Source: Blasia pusilla (lineage: Eukaryota). From it: a stretch of DNA of 64,000 nucleotides. A program made the position numbers and the translations under genes. Position 1 is the stretch's first letter. The number at the start of each line of letters is the position of its first letter. The notes below the pieces were generated by a model. It was not told the origin of the DNA. It was given only the letters and a program-made list of their open reading frames with translations, and made no database searches. Positions 39,401-52,700 of this stretch are shown one piece after another. Location of the stretch: assembly GCA_050084515.1 (NCBI GenBank), contig CM114271.1, forward strand, positions 25,730,001 to 25,794,000, read 5' to 3'.

Positions 39401-42210
39401 ATGGATGATTTTTTCGACCACCTACAAGGAGAAAAATACTTTACCAAACTTGACCTTCGCAGCGGCTACAACCAAATTTGAATTACGGATGAAGATGTGC
39501 AAAAGATTTGTATTCCTCCAATACTTCTCTCAACTCGTGTAGTACCTCTGAATATTTTTTCAAACCACAAACATCTCTTATTAAACATAGGAAACACACG
39601 TCTTGATGTTTGATGGCGGTTTTTCCTATTACATATAGGGTAGGGTTCTAGGACGTAATCTGACTCTATCTCCGTAAAGATAGATTATACTGTTCCATCC
39701 AAGGCATTCCCAAGATAACATCATAATGTGATAACCTAATGACCTTCATCTTCAACTCTTCCAGATACTTTCCTATCCTCAACTCTACCCTTCGAGGAAG
39801 CTTCTCAATCTTTTTTGTTTGCCCGTTTGGTAGTTCTACCTCTTCTTTTAGATCCCTCTCTAAAGCTAAGCCCACTTTCATACTTATGGCTCTTGAAAGG
39901 AAGTTTTGTGTTGCCTCAGGATCAATCAACACTCTAACTTGGGATCCTTCTACTTCCCCATCTATAACAATGAGACGTGTTTCTCCTCTCTTCAAACCAG
40001 TTACCTCCACATGTTTATGTCGACCCTCGCCTTTCCTCCTTTTGTTAGAACCAGTATATCCGTGAGGCGCAATTATTGGTGGTTGGCGTTTCCCTGAGGT
40101 CTGCCTTCTCCGTCATCTTCCTGCATGTGTGCTCCTTCAAGAAGATTAAGGGGACAACGATATGGCCTATTTTCGAGCCTACGAAGACGATAATTCATGG
40201 CTATATGACCATATCTACCACACTCAAAGCATTGGCGTGTATCTCTTCGGACTTCCAATTCTCTCCCTCCTTTAGGAATCTCGACCCCGTCGATTCGAGG
40301 AGCAATCCCCTGTATGTTGGGATTCCGATCTCTATCCATTGGCACCCTTCCATTATACCTTCATGGCGCATAACCATCTCGTGCTCAAAGGTTATCCAAC
40401 TCCATGGGTGGGGATCCGTAATGATTGTTCATGGAAGCAACCACCTCTCCTCCTCTTTCGTACACATTTGCAATTCGTTGGGCACATGCGATTGCTTCAT
40501 TGATATCTTTTGGGTTGTCTCGAATCACCTCTTGACGCACCTTCCTCTTTAAAGCTCTCTTAAGCAAATCGAGAGCTTCTGGCCCACTCATGTCGCGGAT
40601 TTGTATGTGCAAGTCACGAAACTCTTTGATGTAGTCATCCACAATGCCTTTCTGCTCCAATTTCCATAATTTCATTCTAGCAGTGAGGATTGGATCCACA
40701 TCTTGGAAATTTTGCAGCAGCTTGGAAATTTTGCAGCTTCATTCCGCTCCATGTGACTTTTTGAGTTGTTTGAATCAATAATCTCTCCCATCCTTGATAC
40801 TATGTCAATGCTTGATTGATTAACCAAGATCTTACGAACATCCCTATAGTAAAATCATCAATGTTGAAAAGGGATAAATAGATTTCTATTTGAGTGATCC
40901 AACCCTCTAATATTTCCATGGCTCGATTTCTTTTGTACTGTTCTACCTTGCATGCCTTTGTCATTTTCAATATCAATGATGCTTGAGCATTCATCTCCAT
41001 CACTCTTTGTGCTGCTTGGGCCTCCAATGCTCATGCCCTTAAGGTTTCGTCACTCTCCCCATAAGTCACGACACTCGTGGTTTCCGTCTCCATCCCACCT
41101 ATCGGAAGAACTCTCTCTCTCTCTCTCTCTCTACTCTCATATTTTTGACCGAAGCAACTTCTTGCGCTAATTCTTGGACTTGGTTTTGACTTTGATCAAA
41201 TGCAACTCTCAACTCTCTCAATTCACGAATCATATCCCTCAAAGTTTCTTCCATAATCGCTCCGACTTTCCCCTGACCCTTTACTATCACTCTAATATAA
41301 GATCAAGATATACACTTGCCAATTTCGCATAACAGGGACTACAAAAGGCAGTGTTGACGCAATGACTTCATTATAATACTCTTGGCCAAAATTCCTCACC
41401 ATAAACTCTCTATATGCTATCTTAGGTTGACAAACCACATGGACTATACATCGAGTGTTAAAAAACACTTGTGGGGGCCTATTCAAATCCATTCCCCAGA
41501 TCTCCTCTAAAACAACATATAAATAGTGCAATCCCACACACGATCATATGTAACAATAGGGAGGATCATCGGATAGCGAGACTCCATCACTTGCGTGAAA
41601 AATTCACCAAAGTGATATACGAGGTATCTCGTGAACTAGTGTCTATCTACATATAAGAGTTTGATGGTGAACGGATTAAGAAACGGGAAATTAGGAGCCA
41701 CTCTCGCTTCCCCTCCATCCATTACATGCAAAACAGCCCTTCCCCCTTATTCTACTTGCAGTTTTATAGCCACTGCCAACCTTTAACAAGCTATCTACTC
41801 TAAACAGTATATCATTACTTAATCATCCTTCCAAGAGGGGTAATCCACTCTCGTTGGAAGAGCAACCTTGCTCTGATACCATTGTAACTCTCCAGCTCAC
41901 GGAACCACTCTAGAGTTGCTCAAAGGTAGAATGCCCTCAAGGTCTCTCCTCTTCCTTTATATACTTAGAGATAGGTACAATGAAGACAAATTAGCATAGC
42001 ATCATAGCATGAGAGGATCTCCTTGGGATTCTAATGTCCCAACTTCATCTTTCTCAATCTCATCCTTATCTTCATTTTCACGAACCAATGGCCCCACTCT
42101 CATCTTTATCTCATATATCTTGTCTTTTCTCTTTTAGGTTGATTATTTCTCACTTATGCGCTTCATGTCATAGATTCTAACTTAACTATGACTAATAAAG
42201 GATGGTTACA
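36433..42210 (-). mobile_element. Chromovirus (Ty3/Gypsy with chromodomain) with conventional LTRs, nested in the copy 3 integrase
   Basis: LTRs 36433-36770 and 41883-42210 (TG...CA); tRNA-iMet PBS tggtatcagagc (41870-41881); PPT 36771-36784; TSD AGTAA/AGTGA; gag CFECGRYGH, FLDD, GPF and chromodomain EYLVQWKGYPLFEATWE. Confidence 0.95.
36786..39141 (-). pseudogene. Chromovirus RT (C-part)-RNase H-integrase-chromodomain
   Basis: [47 protein letters not shown], chromodomain. Confidence 0.93.
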
Positions 42211-44560
42211 AGTGACATCCAAAGTCGTGGGTGTCCTCTGCTCTAAGTAGTCATAGTCTCTCTGATAAAACCTCTGGATAGTAGGTCGATAACCACCTCC
42301 TCGAATAGTTGCATATCTCAACGTATCCCGATGTTGCGTAATCGCCAAGTTCTCAAATGCCATGGGCATCACTCTTCTAAAAAACTCATCCCTCTAAGAA
42401 CATGCTCGCATCCATACTTCAGGATTATCAAGGTTCAACACCTCACCAACATCTCAAAAAATGGCCGTAGATAAATCTGGCTCTCGGCCATAAAGTAGCA
42501 AGTACGGTGAGAAAGACGCTAAGGATGTATGCTTGCTGAATCTGTATCCCATCACCAACCATGGAAACAGGAGGTCCCAATCTCCTAGGTGACCTCTCTT
42601 CAAGCCATACTTGCGCAATCCTCTCTTCATCGTCTACACAACCCTTTGCGCTAGTCCATCCACCTAAGGATGATCTCGCAAAGTGGTGTGGTGGTCGATC
42701 AACGCCTGATCCAACAAGGCGTGAAACTCCCCACAAAACTCCGTACCCTGGTCTGTCAACACCTCAATTGGTGCGTAATGACTAAACACTCGATTTAGGA
42801 AGGCATGCGCTACTCCCTAAACTTTTGTAGGCAATGCAACCAACTCTATCCACTTTGAGAAGTGCTCGACCATCACAAACACTTAAAGACTGTGGCGCTC
42901 CGTCAAAGATAAAAGTCCTGCAAAATCTAAACTCCATCTATAACCCAAATCCATGATCAAAAGTGGATGCAATCGTGGAGTCATAGGATTGAACGATGCC
43001 CGGACCCGATCACAAACCATGCACACGGAAACAAATTATTGAACGTAAGTCTGCATGCCTCGCCACCAATACTATATTTGGAGCAAGCTTTATGTTTGCT
43101 TCACTCCGAAATGATCCAACTCCTTATGGGCATGACGCACCAAACGTCCTCTTTGTGAATAATGAGGCATTACACGTAGTCTACCATCCTCCCAAACTCG
43201 CAACACATGTGTCCCCTCCTACCCAAACTGTCCGGCTCGCTGTAGGATCTGATCCTGCTTTCTAGCACCCATTGTGCTCGCGACATTGCCAGTACGCAAG
43301 TACACCAAGATTACTCCATCCTCTTGAATATCTCGGCCATCTGTCATCTCCTCACTGGCCTCTGGATCTAAGAACTCTCCATCAGACCTTGCCATCAAAG
43401 TCTCCGCAATCTAGCTCCCCATAGCCATGAAGCCCAAATAGATTGACGTATGCCATCGTAGCACCAACTCCTCATCACTCTCACCATGCCACCGAGCTCC
43501 AGTTGCATCTCGCTGACTCGGGCATGGGTTACAACTCAAACCATCTCCATCTTGGTTGAGCGTCCCAAGTCTATGCACCACCAGGAAATCATACTCCTAC
43601 GACAAGAGAGTCCACCTTGCAAGCTTTCCTGTAAGCTTTTTGGACTCCATCAACCACTTAAGTGCCTGATGATCACTAATAATGGTAAAGGGATTGCCAA
43701 ATAGATAACACGTGAAATGTGCGACAAGCCACACTGCAGCCAAGCACTCACCCTCATACGAGCTATACTTTGCCTCTGCAGCGTTGTTCGAGCGACTAGC
43801 ATAAGCCACCACAAACTCTCTATCCTCATTGTCATGTCGGGTGAGCACATTTCCCAGCCCAAACATGCTCCAATCGATATGTCCCTTGATCGGTCTCCTG
43901 AATATGGGCGCGGACATCAATATGTCTTTGAGCAGTTGAAATGCTCTTTCCCGCTCATCCTCCCAGTGCCACTCCTAATCCACCTTGGTCAACAAGATCA
44001 GCGGCTTTGCAATCAAACTGAAACCCTTGACATACCGTCGATACAAGTTTGCCAATCCCATGAATGCACAAACTCCACTGACATATGTAGGGCGTGGAAT
44101 GCGCCAAGTAGCCTCTATCTTCGTCTGTTGCATAACAAGGCCACCTGGGTATATGATATGATCCAGGTATTCAATCTAATCGTAGAAGAACTTGCATTTG
44201 TCTGGATGTAGCATCAAAGATCTCCTCAAGGATGGGCATGGCATACTTATCAAACTTCATATGCCGATTGATAGGTCGATAATCTCCACACATCCGCCTA
44301 TCCGTCCAGTTGCCATGCACATCCTTCTTGGTGGGCATGACACTCGCAAATGCATACTCTCCATGCGACATCTCTACTAATTCTGCTCCAACCAAGTCCT
44401 AGCTCCTACTCTTAATCAGAGCCCTCTCCATGTCAATGTAATGCAAATCCATGGACCCTTCAATGTACTCAAATCATGCATGCTAAATGTGAAACAACTC
44501 CTATAACTCCTAGGGAACTTATGTATTTGGCGTGACTCTCCTCTTGTCAACTTAGGGCCC
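42211..44560 (-). pseudogene. Copy 3 RT (core deleted)-RNase H-integrase
   Basis: DRRMCGDYRPIN, EEIFDA joined directly to the HPxKCKFF-like region, YEGECLAAVW, AFENLAITQHRDTLRYATIRGGGY. Confidence 0.88.
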
Positions 44561-46396
44561 ATATTGGCTCCCAAGTCTCCATCGTCACTATGGTAGGACT
44601 CTTGGGCGCGGGTGTCGGTGGTTGCTATGGTGCAACCACGTCTCAAATAGAAGAACTTGGCTGCTCCCCTGTAGCCAATTGCAAACTCTGATTTCCTCCA
44701 CGTGCAGTACCCGGAACCACGCTCGATGTTGTGGTTATCATCTCTCTGTATACGTGCAAAACATCCCAAGAAGTCCAAGGGTGTCTCTCCTAATCACCCA
44801 TGGTGTGTGGATCTCCTCGGGTCTCGCCCCCAGCCACTGCCCCAACTATCATGGTAGGCATGGGGCTCACCAACGCAACAATATGCACTAGAAGGAATAT
44901 GGTGCTTTTAGCACTAAGTCACTTACAACTAAAGTCCAATAACACAAAAATACAACTACATGTAAGTTAAGTGGCCTATGTGGCAGACTGTAGTATCACT
45001 TAGTCACTAAGAATGACTAAAGGGTATGACATGGTTTTTCTTAATATAATTGAGAAAATAAAATTATTATAAATTAATGACATATCATTATAATATGACT
45101 AGATTAGTGCAAAATAACTAACACGTGGCACTTATGATAGAATTTAACTAATTAGAAAAAATAAGATTTCAATCTATAATAAGACATGTGAAAATAAGAC
45201 TATGATAATTATTTCCAAGTTGGTGTATAAGTCCCTAATTAATAATGCCACAATATTCGATATTGTTCCTCCTTCTTGTTTCTTGTTTGCAATCTGTGTG
45301 ATTTTTCCCGCAATTTTGGATCCCTTTTCCCGTGCGCACAAGTTATAGGTTGAATCGAGGTTTTTGAGAGTCGCTTGAAGAAGTACAAGCGCACCACAAC
45401 ACGAGTGGAGGTGAGGTGGATGAGTGCCGCTTGTTGTTGTTGTTAGATCAGTGCAATCGCTAGAGTGAGATCAATGCAAGCGTTGGAGTAGGACAAGACG
45501 AAAGCGAGAGGAGTGGTCGCAGGAGTTGAGGTGAGGAGCGACAGAAGCAAGCTATTATCAAGTGTTGTTGTGATATTTTGTTGTTGTTTGCATTTTGTTC
45601 TTCATGGCGCATGCCCTCTCTCTCTTTGTGAAAGCCACGCGGTCATCATAGCTAGAGTCTTAGAGTGAGTCTTCTGACCTCTCTTAAGGTTCTCTCCGCG
45701 AGAAGTTGTAAATCTGCATCCTCTCGCGCCCTCTCATTGATTGCTATCTTTTTGACAGCTTCAAGAAGCTTTTCTTTCGTATCCTGACAAAAAACCATAA
45801 AACTTCAATCACTATTTTCTAGTAGTTACACTTACCACACTTTCCGGAATGTTGCATCTTTGATAGCTAAAGTCTCTTCTCCACAACTCTGAGTGCAAGA
45901 TCATGTTTCTGAGCATTCCATAGCAGACTTTAGACGGTTCGCTGATCTCTCCTATGAACCGTTGTTTGAAGCTTCAAGATCTTTTCATATTCCTTGTGAG
46001 TTTACAATCATGGGGTCACGTAATCTTGTAGGGCATAGGGTGGAACAAACTGACCACATTTGGCGGAGGGAGTTGTCATGAAAACTCTTGTGTACTTCAT
46101 GAATCTAGATCGTGACAATGACACCAACCTCATATGAACCCACAACATAGAGAATGATGGAGAGATTTTACAGCCTTTGATCACGAATGGTCGTCATATA
46201 CATCATGTACACATAATGGTCCTCATTTTGTTTGAATCTTAAAAATTTGTGTGATGCCATGCCCGCATGCACACGAAGATGGCAACAACTTTTGGGGGTC
46301 TTCTTCAACCCACTTGGGTGGATGAATCTTCATATTTTTTTAGAAGAAAATCGTGACGATGAAGGTACGGAGAGTTGGGTTCCTAGACAGTAGAAG

Positions 46397-46572
<176 letters not shown>

Positions 46573-48751
46573 TGACAAAAAATTCACGTGAAGGTGCTAC
46601 ATTTGGAGAGTTGAAAGTAGCCAACGTGCAATGATGTTGAATAGTCGTGGATGGTCAAGGAAGCCTCTGTAATGTTGAAGGCTTTGTTGGAGACGATGGT
46701 CGAAAGTGATCGTCTCATATATCATGTTGGTATAGGAGAGTAGTGCTCTCAAGGAGGGGTTGGAGGATCGGAAGGCTCTAGTTGTCGTGTGCCTACTCTC
46801 CTTGAATGCGAGCTTGAACGTCAATCTTAGTGTTGCGGAAGCGTACGTTTAGTAGGACATGCTCTCATTGCCAACCTGCACCCAAACAGACTCACGTTAA
46901 TCTAGCTTTGGATCAATCGGCCTTCCAACCCACTGAGTCCTCAACTCGACACCTCATCAAGCTTAACCTTCCCTCATTATTAGGTTCCCAACACGGCAAG
47001 TCCTTCAAGACTTGGAACAGGCTTTCTGGTTAGTCCAAGAACCTAAAATGGCACTTGTGCGCCTAGCAATCCTAATTGTTCGACGGACCTCATGCGAGTT
47101 CATAACCGAGACTCAAGCAATTGAATCGCGGGTTGGAATCCAAGAGGGATCTCTAAAATTCACCTCAATAGACTTGGTTCAAGTTTTCAAGCCCAACTCC
47201 AAACTCTCGATCCGTTCCATGCCCTTGAGCGGCCTCGTGGCGCCTAAAGTGGGGTTCAAGTCCCAAGCACCCTAGGAGACCTTCCCCCTTACTAGTACTT
47301 CTGGGAATCTCCACCCCCCTACCTTTGGGAAAGGATGGTCAAGGCCTTCATTTTGGTCCTCAACCCGACTCTACTCAATGTCGTTTTTGAGCCGTTTCTT
47401 AGCTGGTACTTGTACGTCTCAACTAGATTTCCATAAGCTTTCCAACGCATCTTTATTCGTCCCAAATGCATCTTGGCACTAAAACTTATGGTCATAAATA
47501 CAATCAAAAACTCTCAAACGCTAGTGGCGTCCCACATCCAGATCCCTTCCTTTGGCAACCCACTTCCTAGACTTGACTCCTCTCAAGTCGTGATCCGCGT
47601 TTGGTCCACATTTCTCAATCGCGACTACAATATATGAAATGCGAAGCCTCCCTTGCGCCTCAACTCTTGTCTTTTCTCCGAGATCACTCCAAGGTGCAAA
47701 CCATCTTAACGTGAGCCCGCTAGTGTTCCGATGTTTTGCTTTGGCACTCGTTTGGTCATGAGGATCGCAACACTAGTGCTGCGTCATTAGGAAAGCACAC
47801 GTCCCACCATTGAAACTGTAAGGTCATGGGGATGTGTTCTGTCTCAATCGAGCTGATTCTCCTTCAGGAATAGAATGATGTTTTGTAGCACTGATAAGTT
47901 ATCGCACACGCTTCTGAGTAGCTACAATGTAACAATGTGTTGCACCACTTATGTGGGGCTGACGAGAGGGAGTCCAGTCATGTGTATCGGTGCTCGGCTA
48001 TGCTTTTCTTTTTGCTCCTTTTTTGCTCCCCTCCCTCCCTAAGCTCTCTCTATCATCTATGAATACGTGACTTATAGTCGGCCGACGTTTCTATCTATCT
48101 GTCGGATGGTGTTGAGCTCTGGCCAATGGATCAATGTTTCCTAAAACTCGAAAGTAGGAGAGAATCAATAAATGTGTGTGTGTCTGTTTGTACGAGAGTC
48201 GGAGCAACATTGGGAGTAATGGCAAGTGATCAATCAATCGAAAAAGTATGGATAATTAAGGAAGTCATCGCATAATTGGGAGTTATCTTGGCGGCATTGG
48301 TTGAGCCGCTGCTGCACTCACTCGCCTGATGAATTTCTTCATTGCCCGTGGCTAATAGAGTCTTTGCTTGAGGAAAGTGAAATCTTTCTTTCAAAGGGAT
48401 TGGCTTTCATTTCCTTGCATTCTAAGCACTGTAGGGTCTTAGAAAAAATGCAATGCAAGCCACATTGTTAGAATCGGACTCTAATATAACCCTCCTCTTC
48501 ATACATAGGTGTCCCATCCAGTCTTGACCTCAAGAACAAGCATCCATATCCAGATGCCTTTGCTTTAGGGAATTTGGCCGTATTTTTTCCTATCTGTTCA
48601 CTCTCGGAAGTCCATCTGAGTAGCTAGATCTCTCCTTTTTCGAAGTGTGGCTCTTACACGTAATGTTTTGGGATGAAGAAATTTTATGATCCTCCTTTCG
48701 AAACGTCATACCCTACCCAAGGCTCATGAGGTCACTCCTTTCTCCAACCAT

Positions 48752-48752
<1 letters not shown>

Positions 48753-48817
<65 letters not shown>

Positions 48818-49019
48818 GCAAGTTTTGGCAAAGCTTATAAGAAGCTACTCATGAAGCTCAATCACTGAGTGAACGTAGATCCATAGTTTACACACACTCA
48901 TAAATGGGAGGGCATATGCAAATGGTTTCTTTGTAGGAAGAAATAGGAATACATCTCTGATCCCTAGTAAAATGAAGCTAGTTGTTGAGGTTACCAATGA
49001 GGGTGAGATAGTGTATGGA

Positions 49020-49051
<32 letters not shown>

Positions 49052-49059
49052 TGAGTGAG

Positions 49060-49147
<88 letters not shown>
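48753..49147. repeat. (CT)n 48753-48816 and (GT)n(GA)n 49021-49147 microsatellites
   Basis: Direct observation. Confidence 0.97.
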
Positions 49148-49149
<2 letters not shown>

Positions 49150-50547
49150 CGCCTTAAGAGGATGTGGGGAGAAGCAAGGAGTGCTCCTGAATGTCCCACC
49201 CCGCCAGATGTAAATCCTAAAACATGAGAGAGCTTGAAAACTTGTTGGTTGTCTCCCGAGGGGAAAAATAAATCAGAGAGGATGAAAGCCAATCATGCAA
49301 AAGTGGAGCATCCAAACCGCAATGGATGACGTTGTCTAGCAAGAGTGAAGAATATTTTGGTATGACTTCTAATTTCATTTCATTCAGATTTCTTTGGTAG
49401 CATTGAATTAACTTCTGTATTTTTTAGATGATTAAGAGATTTTGACTTCATTTTGTTATGGACTTTAGAGGAAAGAAAGGGGGACAAGTCGATCTCTACA
49501 AGAGATTGAAGAATCCTTGGGAACAATGAAAGGATCCCCAAGCCAAGTGACGATGAATAAAGTTTGTCTCATATCCATTCTATTGATAAAGTGAAGTTCA
49601 ATCTTACTTTAAAAAATCCTGCCTTTACTCTAGTGTACTCTAGCATGTATTGAGGTTAGTACACAAAAACATGTAGGAAAGTTGTAGCTCACATGCTGAT
49701 ATAATCCTTTTCCAACAGGGTAATTCATTGCTTATGTAAACATGTGGAATCAAATTCTTATCTTACACTATATCTTTGTGTATGTAGAGTGGCATCTCTT
49801 CCTTGACAAATAGAAATGAAGTGGTGGAGGCAGATTTGGGTTTCCTTAAAAGTGGAATGGACAGGTTGATGGGTATGATGACAGAGTTGAAGGGCTTAGT
49901 AGCCAAGGGGCAAACATGGACACAATCTGATCTTTAGATTGTAAGAGTTGAAAAAACTCAAGGACTTTTGGTAACTCCTATCCTATCACCTGTCGCACTA
50001 GTTAGTAGAAAGATCCACACCCTATCTCTTCTCTACGAAAGCCTTCAGAGATCTCCAAAAGTATTTTTCCATCCACCACAGAAGGTGATAAAGAGACTTA
50101 TGTTTCTTTTCTTGATGTGATATATTTAGAGGCTCCTCAAAGGGAGCCTATTAATCCTCTAAGTATAGTTCGTGAACCTGAAAAAAGAAGAAGCAAAAGG
50201 AGAGCTACCACCAACTGTGAGGAAGAAGGCTCCAACACTTTTGGAGAGGAAAGAGAGGAACACTGTAAGTTTCATTTGCTATGTACTATAACATTTCTTT
50301 ACATAATTTGCTTGCTCTTGTTTGTTTGAAATTTCCAACATGGGAATAATAAGTAGTGATTCAATTTTACATTGATGAAACCCTTGCAGCATATCAACTA
50401 TTCATAAAAAATTCCCAGCTTTGGTTGGAGTTTTATGAAGGTAACATTCTTATGCATGGAAAATATCTTATAGAAATATATGTTTTGCCTACATATGGAA
50501 CCATTTAACTACACAAGCTAATGATTAGTCTTTCATGTATTGTGCAG

Positions 50548-50829
50548 TTGGCAATTGGAGACGAGGTTTTCTTGTCGTGAAATAGGAAAGGGTGGCAGCA
50601 TGTAGGTAGAGGCAAGATATCAGGCCTTGCTGGCAGAGACAAATGCCTTGGTAAAGTAATACCACTAGGAGTTGTTAAGGTGGACATTTTGATAGTTTTT
50701 GATCATGATGCTGAGCTACCTTATCCAAATATGTAGGATGACCCACCACAAATATTGGTGGTTGATGCTTTAGGTACTTCAATATTGTGGTCGGAGAGGT
50801 CATGCAAGAAAACTATTCCTGTTCCTTAG
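50548..50829 (+). pseudogene. C-terminal domain of CACTA second ORF (TnpA-type)
   Basis: GRGKISG...IPLGVVKVDILIVFDHDAELPYPN..DDPPQILVVDALGTSILWS resembles the plant CACTA ORF2 C-terminus; contains 2 stops. Confidence 0.6.
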
Positions 50830-51759
50830 TGCTAAGTGAGAATGAAACTTACTTTTCTGAACAGAAAACACATTTTTGTGCTTGTTGATCAACAACTCTT
50901 GTGTTGATCATAACTCTTTTATATTATGTTAAAGACTTTTCGATCTCATATGAAAAGTAAAGACTTTCTCCTTATGAGATTCATCTTGTGTTAAGCATAC
51001 TTTTGGTTAACAAATTGGGGCCTCAATAGTTTGATATTTGAATTCAATGAAGATTTTATATTCACTAGATAATGAGCAAACAATATTAGTCACAGAAAAA
51101 TTCCTATATATGCCTTAGTGAGGTATCACTTTCATGGTCTGCCTTCTTTCCAAGTTGATGTAAATATGATTTATAGTTATGTAACCATGTATTTTCTCAT
51201 AGTGAATATTGTATCACTACATCTAGTCAATAAGTAGTGACAACAATTTTCTAGTTTGTAAACTTCTACTATAATTAGTCATAGCCAACTTTAGATTTGT
51301 GATTGATTTTAGTCTTTATGCACTGTGCTTTGCAAATAAACACTACTTCTAGTAACAAGCAACTAAAACTAGTACAAGTCTTAGTGTAACACTATATTCA
51401 ATATAAAAAAACTAATGAATACCATATCCACGTGTCATCATGAATTATCAAATAAACATTCTCCATGTGTCATACTACAAATGAGTACAAGTAAGCTTAT
51501 ATCAAATTCCACGTGAGACTAACCCGAATAATGACTAGGCTAACATCTACTTGCAAAATGACAACTCAACAAATGTAAATCTTCCATGTCATGTTGCCAA
51601 CATGGCACTTTGCAACTAGGAATCCTTTGCAACTAGTCCTTTGATACTAGACATTGACTAGTTGTATCTTGGTAGTAGGCATCCCATAGAACTAGATACA
51701 CTTGAAACTTCTAGTGGCTACTTGGGCAATTCCTTCTACAGGCAGCGATCTGTCGCAAC

Positions 51760-52700
51760 CTCAAACGACGCTGCTCAACTACTCCTAAGCTGAAAATCCA
51801 TGTCAAATAGTTAAAGTCCATTGCCAGGCCCATGACATGAGGTCGTGATGCCTCCAATAGTGACGGTATTTTTGTCACTCGTATGGGAAATTCCATCGCT
51901 CGCTCTCGCTCATCGGCATTGGGCTCTTCCAACCGCTGTACATGGTCATCCCAAACCAAGCCAGGTCCAACCTCCTTGAATGCATAAGAAGCAAAAAAGC
52001 TCACAAATGTGGGAAAGGCTGCCCATGGTATGCCAGTCCTCTAGACCACAATCAAGAGAGGTCAATCATCGTGACGTACTACCTGTGATCGGAGGGGTGC
52101 TCCATCCTCGCATACGCCCTCCGTAAAACCTCATGTGGCACCAAGTTGCTCCACCAAAGACGTGGGTGATATGCTCATGAACCTACACTCGCCGCAATCC
52201 AACAACACTGCCGGGCCAATCCATGTGCACACCTGATGTGTACTCGTCATCACGCGGGACCTTGAATCGCCTAAAATTGCACATTTTTTAGAATGTATTC
52301 TGGAGAACGAGACTGATGCTCCTGCAAGTGTCACAAGATCCGCATCATCTCCCAAAACAACTTGGATCGAGTGTCAGTCAACCCGGTACCTCTTCCAACA
52401 CTTGATTGGCCCTGACACAGACAACCAACAATGACCAAATCTATGGTCCCTACCCGCTCTAAGTCCTGCGCCCCCAACAATGAAATGTCCCTCGATAGGG
52501 AACTCTGGTACCCATGGACGGCGGACGTAGACAATAAGGCGGGAAATCGAAGGCGTAACTTCGCCATATGGTGAAGTGAAGCGCATCTCGCAACATCATC
52601 AATGTCAATGTACAGGTATAATTGCACGCGCACTTTAGGCTGCAAAATAGTAGCTAAGCCAGTGTTGATCCCTCCAAAGAGATCCAACACACAAATATCC
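51760..52700 (-). pseudogene. Complete but mutated DNMT3-like C5 DNA methyltransferase domain of copy 3
   Basis: Motif I VLDLFGGI; IV DLVIVGCLCQG; VI YILKNV (from ENV); VIII DAASVGS*AYHPRLWWSNL; IX EPNADERERAMEFP; X HVMGLAMD. Confidence 0.88.
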
